DNA of 64,000 bases from Mantamonas sphyraenae STR306 (Eukaryota; Protista; CRuMs): NCBI GenBank assembly GCA_026936335.1, contig JAPMXV010000068.1:1-64000 (forward strand), given 5' to 3'. The position numbers were made by a program, and so were the translations under genes. Every line of letters starts with the position of its first letter. Position 1 is the first letter of the stretch. Below, piece after piece: positions 32,801-42,300 of this stretch. A model generated the notes under the pieces. That model saw only the letters and a list, made by a program, of their open reading frames with translations, ran no database searches and was not told where the DNA came from.

Positions 32801-35800
32801 CTCGCTGCTGAGCACAATGTCTCTGTACATATGCTCAATGCCTCGGTTGCGTCCAAGTTTGGTGGCATTGTCTCCCTTGTCATGAACAACACGCGCGTGC
32901 GTTTTGCAAACCTGACGTTTGCGAGTCCCAAGTTTGGCCACTATGCGCTTCAGTTTAGTGCGCCGGGACTCGATTCTGTCAGTGCGACGTTTGAAATCAC
33001 CATCGGAGAGCCCGTGTTCATGCGTGTCGTCTCGGGCGCAGCCATCTCTGCGGCTACATCGGACAACACTCTGTTGCCCGCGGTCCAGCTTCGTGCCTTT
33101 GACGTTGCCGATTCGTTTGTCGGCAGTTTGGACACATTCAACCGCACCGTCTCTGTGTACATGGAGCCCTCCTCTGGCAGCCAGCTCAACACATGGCAAG
33201 CGACCATGGTTGACTCGAGCGTCACGGTCGACGCGCTTCGCTTGGCCAACGCTCGTCGTGGCACCTACACCCTTGTGTTTGCCACGCCGGGGCTCACCAA
33301 CGCCACAGCCACGCTCACGGTGCAGCCGGGCAAAGCCTTTGCGCTCAGCGTGCAGCCTGCGCTCGTGGTGTCCAGGTCCGACTACAACGCGCCCTGCCCA
33401 CCATCAACGTCACCGTACTCGACGCAGGCGGAGACCGCACTTCCTTGCCTCCCCTCAACTCGGCCTGCTCCTACCCGGTCAGCACCCACGTGTCCATCAA
33501 CCAAACCGTGGCCAGTGCCCTCGTCGGCGACTCGGTCAACACGTTTATCAGCTCCGGGTTTGCTTCGCTCGATGCACTTGTCTTGCGCAACCTCACCACG
33601 GCCTACTATCAGCTCGATGTGCGCTCCTGTGGTCTCCTCAACGTCTCGCTGCAGGTGCGCGTCGATATTGGTCCCGCGAAATCGCTCCAGGTACAGTCCC
33701 CGCTCGCGGGCGCCTCCATCGAGAGTGTTGCCGTCGCGCGTGTGCCCGCGATCAACTTGGTGGCACTCGACGCCGGTGGCTCGTTTGTCGGCGCCACGGA
33801 CCCTGTTTTGCGGTCCGTCACCGTGTCCCAACTCAAACTCGGCTCCGAGCCCACTCTCGACCTTGCCGGTGCCCTCAGCGCAAACATGTCCCAGGCGAAT
33901 GTCACCTTGGATGCCATTGATGTGCGTGCTCCCAAGGTCGGTGCGTTCACCCTCCAGCTCCAGTCGCCGGGTCTCGTGGGCACACGCGTCTCGCTCGCCG
34001 TTAGCCAGGGTCCGCCCGCGAGCATGCTCGTGGGCACCGTGGCCCAGATCCGCTCCGACGCACTCGTCAACGTGTCTGCCTTCAGTGTGCGCCTTGTCGA
34101 CGCCGGTGCAAACACAATCACGCTGGCCCAGTATGCCTCATACAACGTGTCTGTGCGCTCGTGGCTGCCATCAACCCTTCTCTTTGGTAACTTTGCCTAC
34201 ACCACCACCAACGCTTCCGTCTCCATCGACGGACTCACCATGCGCCAGCCCAAGGTCGGTACATACACGGTCGAGGTGGCCACAGACGCACCGGGCGTGC
34301 CTGCACGCAACGTCAGTTGGTACGTCAACCCCGGTGTGCCCGCATCGGTTGTGTTCTTCCAGGAGCCTGTCACCACGTTCAAGAGTGCCCCCGTGGTGGA
34401 GTTGCCCTCCATGCGCATCTCCGTCCTCGACGCCGCCGAGAACCCGGTGCAGGATCCGTCTGCAGGCTTCGACGTCAAGACATCCGTGCAGGGTCTCACA
34501 GTCCTCGGTTCCACCTCTTATCTCATCGACTACGGCGATGGCTTTGTCAACGACATGCGCTTGCCCACGCCCAGGCAGGGCAACTACACTCTGCTCATCC
34601 AGGTGATCGGGCTGCAGAACCTCACGCGCACCATCACCATCGTCGAGGGCGATCCCCTTTCCCTCAAGGTCACCACGCCGTCTGCTCTCACGCGCCCTGC
34701 ACAGATCAACACCACCTTGTCTGCCATTGCAATCGAGACACGAGACGCAGGCGACGTGCGCACACGCTTGGGCAACTCCACCGTGCAGGTGGCCATGTCC
34801 CCTTCCCCGCAGCTGCTCACAGGCACCACTCTGCTCCAGGTCGTTGACGGCCACGTGCTTTTTGCCAACCTTGCGCTCACGCGACCCTCGGCAACAGTGG
34901 CCACCTACACTCTGACGTTTACTTCCTCGCTCCCGACCATCAATGGCACCACGGTTGTGGTCACCATCACCCGTGGCCAGCCCGAGCGACTCGTCGTCAT
35001 CGACCGTGGCTTCTCCGCCTACAAGAGCCAGCAACGCACACCCGTGTCCTCAGTGCTCCTCCACGCCCTTGATGCAGGCTCTGTGTTTGTCGGTGACGCA
35101 GACCTGGTCCAGCGCAACGTCCTCGTCCGTTCCACCACGCCCAATAACATGACCCTGAGCACAAACGGTGTCACCCACACCATGATCAACGGCAGCGTGC
35201 GCGTCGGCCAGATCGAAATCCTGGCACCCAAGGTCGGCGCCTTTGCCTTTGAGCTCGAGGTGGCCGGACTGCCGCCCATCCAGGTGCCCTTCACCATTGC
35301 TGTCGGTACGGCCGTGTATCTCGAGAGGTACGTGCCTGTGTGGCCTGCCAACATCACACTTGTGTCGCAGCAGGTCACACCGGTGTCCGTCATCAAGGTG
35401 CGCACACTTGACGCCGGCCGCAACATCAACGGTGCGTTTGATGCACAACAGCGTGTCATCACCGCCACCGTGGTCCAGAGTGCAGGAAGCAAGGGCGACG
35501 CAAACACGCCTGCGCCTCTGTTGCCCCTTGCCACGCCCATCATCATGACTGATGGCGACGTGACCATCACAACGCTGCGTTTGGGTTCGCCTCGCCAAGG
35601 TATGCACACTCTGGAGTTGTCTACGTCCAATATGCAGCCCGTGCGCGTCTATGTGTACGTCACGCCCGGTGCCGCAGTGGCCATGCGCTCCGACTCTGCG
35701 ACCACCCAACTACCGGCAACCTACCAAGGGGGCTCCACAGGCCGCGTCACGCTGCCCACGGTCACTCTGCGCGCTGTCGACGCGTCGCTCAACCCACAGA

Positions 35801-38800
35801 CAAACCTGACCACCCAAACAATCCAAGCTCGTGCCACACTTGTCCGCGCTGCTTCCAAGCCGGGCGTGGACGATGTTGTGTCCCTATCCACCGCTGCCGC
35901 CATTCGCACGCGAGCTCCCGTGCAAGTCCTGGCCCAACCGGGCGACTCGGTGCCCTTGTATGGCACTACGTCTCGCGGCACCGATGCTCAAGGCGAAGTT
36001 GTTTTCGCCGATCTGCAGCTCAACGCGCTCGCAGGCGAATACCGCATCGAATTTGTGGCCACCGGTGGCTTGCAAGCAGGCACGCAGGACGTGCGTGTGC
36101 TGCCAGGTCCCGCACGCGCACTGGAAATCATGCGCAACGCCACGCGTGTGTACCGCAACGACCTCGCACCCTTGCCTGAGCAGCCGCTGCTGCGCATGGT
36201 GGACGATCAGGGCAACTTTATCAACACGACCAACACCAACCGTGTGCAAGTGGACATTTCGCCTTCTGTGCAGCGTGTCACAGGTGAGGTCGTCTCGGTT
36301 GTCTCTGGCCTTGCCTCCTTCACTTCCATCAGCTTCCTCGGGCGCTACGGCGTGTCGTACACCCTGACGTACACACTCCTCGACGCCTCGGGCACAAAGG
36401 TGGCCGGCTCCACAGAGATTGTGCTGCCCGGAGGCTTGTCGGTGCGCACATGCGACGAGGCGCGCGCCGGATCCCAGCCGGACACCGTCACAGGCACCAC
36501 CTGCCAGTGCCGTCCTGGATTTGTTGCTTCGGACCCAACTGTGGCCTGCCAGCCGTGTCGCTCGGGCGAGTACCAGCCCGATGCCAACCAACTGCAGTGC
36601 TTCTCCTGCCCACCCAACATGGACACCAGCGGCATCATCGGCGCCGCATCCCTCGACCAGTGCACATGCATTGACGGCTACTTTGAGCCCGGTGCACTGC
36701 GTGGTGCCACAACCACCGGTGCACGCACTTGCCAGCGCTGCACAGAGGGCGGTGTCTGTGTCCAGGGCCAAGAAATCCGAGCCGCACCGGGCTACTTCTC
36801 CTTCAAGAGTAGCACCTCGCAGTTCTACCAATGCTTCAACTCCGAAGCTTGTCAGGGAGGCGTGAACAACACCTGTGCCCAGGGTTACAAGGGCCCGCTG
36901 TGCAGTGTGTGCATCGACGGCTACGGTAGCTTTGGCAACGTGTGCACCCCATGTGGCACACCCGAGAGCTCATGGCTGCTCATGCTCCTCCTCCTCCTCT
37001 CCTTTGTGGTCATGCTCTCGTTCCTCGTGCGCACCGCCGCCGGCCGCAAGAGTGCCGCGTCCATCATTCTCAAGATCTTCCTCAATTATCTCCAGGTGCT
37101 CGCCTTTGTCGGTGATTTCCGCCTGGACTGGACCACAGAGACCACAAGCCTGTTCCAGGTCTCCTCCCTGGCCCTCCTCTCCCTCAAGTTCCACCCCATC
37201 GAATGTGCCGTCGAGCCAGACTTTTATCAACGATTCGACGCCTACCTCACCTTTGTGTTCCTACTCATTGGAGTGCCCGCATTGATCTTTGGTATCCGCT
37301 ACCTGTGGGCTGTCCGCTGGAGCAAGCGCTTTGGCATCGAGGTCAAGCGCCCCGACCTGGAGATCGAGCGGTCCGACCTGCACCTCACCAACGAGGTGGA
37401 ACGCCGCAAGTTCCTGGACAAGCTGGCCAGTGGCCTCAGTGACAAAGAGATTGAGATGCAGATGGCAAGCAAGCCCAAGATGTCATACCAGCAGGCGTGG
37501 CTGTACCAGACCAAGAATCTGTACGCCCTGTCGCTGTTTGTCACCCTGTTCCTGTTCCACCCCATCATCAGCAAGGTCATCCTGCAGACGTTCAACTGCC
37601 AAGAATTCGAAGACGGTAGCTCATACCTGGTGGAAGACATGAGCGTGTCGTGCAAGGACCCGCGATACGTCATCTACCGCGACACGTACGGCGTGATCAT
37701 GCTACTCAGCTACTGCGTGGGCGTGCCTGCCATTGGTCTGTACGTGCTCATGAAGAACCGCAAGCAGCTGATGGCTCCCACTGTCATTGCCCGCTACCGA
37801 TTCTTGTACGACGGCTACAAGAAGAAGCGCTTCTTCTGGGAGATTGTCATCATCTTCCGAAAGCTGTTTGTCGTGGCCATCACAGTGTACTTCCGCCGTG
37901 AGGCCCTGACACAGCTGTACACGGGGTTGTGGTTGAGCATGGGCGGACTGGTGGCCCACCTGTACATGCGTCCGTTTGCAGACGCTCAGGCCACCAACCT
38001 CGAAACTCTGTCGCTGGGCAGCACAACTGTGACCATGCTCACTGGTCTGCTCTTCTTCTCCTCCGAAACTACGAGCAACGAGCGCGTCATGCTCTCCATC
38101 CTGCTCATGGTCATCAACTTTGTGGCTGTCGGTGTGTTTGTCTTTATCATTGCTCGCGAGTTTATCCGCCTCGCGCGCAACCAGCGCCTCGTCCTGGAGA
38201 TGGAGGCACGCGTTGCCCGCGAGCTGGAGGAGCGCAAGCGGCTTAACAAGGCAACCAACGAACGCATGCTCCTGCTCAAGAGCTTCGACTCGGAGAAGGA
38301 CAAGCGCTCGGGCACCATCATGCAGGTGGAAGCCTCGCCTCTCAAACGCCAAAACTCCGCCGCCTCCATCCGCTCCTCTATGGTCATGGAGTCCTTGCTG
38401 CAACGACGTGACTCGCAGCAGCTGCTGGATGCCGTGGCTGCTGTGCACACGATGCTCAAGGCCTCGTCCGCGTGGATTGGTGTCCAAGAGTACATGGAGC
38501 AGCAGGCTGAGAAGCTGGCCAATGTGGAGCCGCGCTGGCACATGTGGCGCATGTACGCAGCGCGCAAGACATGGGAACTGGAACACGAGAACGATGAAAG
38601 CCCCGCGGTTGACGAAACATGGCCAGACACTGTGCTGGAGATGCAGGAGCGCTTCATGGATGACGATAGCAACGAAGTGATCAGCGGCGTGGACTATGGC
38701 ATGCTGATGTCCGTGAGCAAGACGATCGACCGCAAGGGATCCGAGGTCCAGGCGTCCGATTTGGAGGAGTTGATCACAGCCGTGTTCCGCAAGGAACTGG

Positions 38801-39366
38801 ACACATACGCAGGCAGGTTCAACGAGCGCATGAACACGCCCACGGTGCTGTCGCAGGTCAAGTCGCTCAAGCAGGTGCTCATGGATCCCGTCCTGTACGA
38901 CTTTTTGGATCAGCACGTCGAGTCGGAGGGTGGCCTGGGCCAACCAGCCCACGTGGCCAACTTTTGCAGGGATGTGGCCGCCTTCCGTCACAGCTTCTAC
39001 GGCATGGGAGATGGCGAGCGCGATGACGTGGCCAACGAGATCCTGTGCACGTACTTTGACGACGAAACCGACGAGTACGTCGTGCCCGTAGACGACGACG
39101 TATGGGAAGACAAGGCCCACCAGTTGGGTCTGCTGGTCAACGACCGTCTGTTTGAACCGGACATGTTTGACGAGTTTGTCGCCCATTTCATGCAGTCGTC
39201 CTTTGACGCGTGGGTTGCCTCGATGAAGGTGCAGCCCGAGCTTGTGCGCACACGCATGCCCAAGAACGCAGGCAAGAGCAAGCGGTCCAGCAAGCGCTGG
39301 ACGTGGCGCAAGAGCGGCGGAGGCAAGCGCAACAGCAGCAACGGATCGTCGGAAAACTTGTTGTAG
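20840..39366 (+). CDS. Giant multipass surface receptor (~5,970 aa): signal peptide, IPT with inserted C-type lectin, 4 LamG/pentraxin, ~12 filamin-type Ig, 2 IPT, galactose-binding-like domain, ~18 Ig-like repeats, Cys-rich region, ~9 TM, RGS-like tail
   Basis: Exons 20840-21094, 21178-21298, 21469-21580, 21741-22015, 22097-24528, 24641-39366 join in frame if 1 nt is restored near 33389; total 17,922 nt. Confidence 0.85.
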
Positions 39367-39371
39367 TCATC

Positions 39372-42300
39372 TTACAAAAACTCAATGTACACCTCGTCGT
39401 CATCACTGTCCTCTTCCCCTGCTCCTGCGCGTCTCGCGGACAACAGCGAGCCGAGAATGGCTTGTTGGAATGCTCGTGAAAGATCCAGCGTCTGTTGTCC
39501 ATCTGCGTCTTCTTCGCCCTCCAGCATCATGCCCATATCTGTCTCAATCGGCATGGCGTCCATGGTGCGAGCGGCCTCTTGCGCTGTGATGCGTGCCTGC
39601 TGGTTGCCGTTTTCATCGTGGACAATCACCTGGCCATCATCGTCCTCAGGCTCCTCCTCGTCGTTGTCGCCATCCTCCTCCGAATCATCGTCGTCTTCAT
39701 CTTGCACGTCCACGCGCTGACCATCGGCACCTTGCAATTGCATCCGTCCTGTGCGCGCGTCGAGAACCAGCACCGGCCCGTCATCGTCATCTTCGTCGTC
39801 ATCGTCGTCGGCCATCATCCCATCCTCCATTTCCATCCCATCCATGTCCTCCTCATCACCTTCGTCACCATCCATGTCGCCAATGGTGATCCAGGCGGGC
39901 ATCTGGCCTTGGCCAGCGGCTCCGGCGCCCTGCTGCCCGAAAATGAAATTCATCAGTTCGGGAAACTCTTGGTCAAAGGTGAATCCCTGGTGCTGCAGGT
40001 CGTCCCCATCCTCGTCGTCCTCCCCGTCGCTGTCGTCGTCTTCGTCGTCGCTGTCGTCGTCCTGCATGCGACGACCCACAGAGTACATACGCACAAACGA
40101 CGGCCGCTCCGTGTCATCAGGCATCTCCAGGACAGCCACGCGATCGTCGCGTTCGTCCACAGAGAGGTCGATGACCGAGCGGTCGAGATTGATGCTGGAA
40201 ATGAGGGAAAAGTCGGTTGTGTCCACGGTTTTGAAGCCCTTTTCAAAGGGCACCCTGTTGCGCGCACGCACCTTGACGGCGTAGCCCACCTGTCCGCTGT
40301 GGTTGAACACACACTTGGCTTCGTCCAGCGCGGCGCATGTGGTGCGCAGCTTCCAGGTGCGTGCGTCCCACACGGTGTTGTTGATGATGACCTCCTGGCC
40401 CGACGGGGTGAACGTGTGAAATGCAAAGTCGGTAAGCTTGTCAAAGCGAAAGACAATCTGTGCACTGCGGATGTCCCACAGCATGCCATCACTGAGTACC
40501 AGGGTGTCGTCTGGGCTGAAGCAGGCCACGTTGTTGCGGTAGTAGTGCAGCTCGCGAGGTCCGCGCTTGGGATCGACAAAGGTGTTGAGCAACGACCCCG
40601 TGTGTGCATCGTACAGCATTGCCTCGCTTCGTGTGGTGCCAAGCACCCACTCGTCGCTAAGGTTGGAGAACACCGACCGATGGCAGCCGGAAAACTGCAA
40701 CAGGCTGTTGCTCATGTTTCCCACTTCCCACAGACGTGAGCCTTCGGCGTGTGACGGACAGCTGGTGAGAAAGCGAGAAGAGGTGGCGTTGGGGGTCACT
40801 GTGGATACCAGGGTGCTGTGGCACTGCCAGTCACCCTGGATTTCGCCCGAGTTGAGGTTGAACACCTTGACACGTCCGTGGTGGGTTCCTGTGATCAGCG
40901 CGCTGCCCTGGTCACCCCAGAAACTGAGGGCGGACAAGCCCACACCCTCGTCGTCGCGGATGTTGCGCGCAAATCGGAAGCGGGAGTACACATACTGTTT
41001 GGACGCCTTGTCCTGTGGACGAAAGGCACGCGTGCCGTCGACGCTGCGAGCAAGCAGACGCCGTGTGGTGTGACGTGCGTGCTGGCCACTGCGCCGAGGC
41101 GGGCAGCGGTGTGGACGAAACAGCGATTGCGGAGGCAGCACGGAAATCGGGTGTTTGCACTGCTTGTGCTGGTCGTGCAGGAACTGCGTCACCATCCCAT
41201 GCAGAGTGACATGCTGGGAATGCTGGGAATGCTGGGAATGCGGCTGCGCCGCGTGCACGGTTGTTGTGTTGTTGGCAGCTGTCCAGGACGGTGTGGACAG
41301 ATGCAAAGAGGAGGAAGATGAGGAGGACGAAGAGGCGGCGGCTTGGTCGGCGGCAGCGGCGACCCCTCCAGAAGGATGCGCTTCGTCGATGCTCATGCCA
41401 GCGCCACGCAAACCAGGAATGGGTACCATGGGCAGAGTGCGTGTGAGCATGGGAGTGGCAGGCGATATGCCAGGTCCCAAAGCGGCAATGTCCTGCAGAT
41501 TGTTCATCGAGGGCGAAGGTTGCACACGGCCACCGTTGTTGTCAAGCATGAAGCGCACCCTGTCGGCGGATTCGGCAATGGAGGAGGAGCCACTGTTGCG
41601 CGATGTCGTTGTCTCTTGGCTGACCTCCGAGCCCTCTTCAGTCAGTGAGGCCATGCTGTGTGCAGACAGGGATCGTACAACCGAAGAGCCGGTGCGTCCA
41701 CGTGACGGTGTGCCACGCAACCTCGGGGTTTTTGTGTCGTTCCCATGGGCCACGTCTGCACTGCTGCCTGACACGAGTTTGGCTGGCGAAGGACCAAGGT
41801 TGTCGACGCGCCGACGTTTCTGATCCGAGCCACCCACGCGTGCTCCCGAGTCTCGCTTCTTGCTGCTGCTGAACGAGGCCTTCTTGGCCTTTGCTTTTGC
41901 TTTTGCATGTTTGAGGTTCTTGAGCGCACTACTGCTGAGCTTGGCAGGGCTGGAATGCGTTGCCGCCGACGAGCCACTCAGCACCACGCTGCGCGTCCCT
42001 TTGATGGGCCGTCCGGGTGTACCTGTGTTGATTGCGGCGCCCACGCCCGTGTTTGAGTCGGCTGCGTCGCCGATGGACCCGGACGAGTCGATAGCTGTCG
42101 CATCGGCTGCGCCGCCCTCGCTGTTGATGTTGGCAAGGCCTGCCTCGATGCCAAGCGTCTGTGCAGTTGTGTGCAGGCCCAGAGCGTGCAGGTGCTGCTG
42201 GATAAGCATGAGCAAATCCCCTTGCTGGTACTCCAGGCGTGTGTTGTCGACCACATCGGCCTTGTGGATCTTGGCAATGGGTGCGTCGCGTGTTTCCAGG

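Noticed and set aside
33376-33427. 52-nt GT-AG intron as the explanation for the receptor frameshift
   Set aside because: It gives the wrong frame and would delete the conserved LPTINVTVLDAG repeat core
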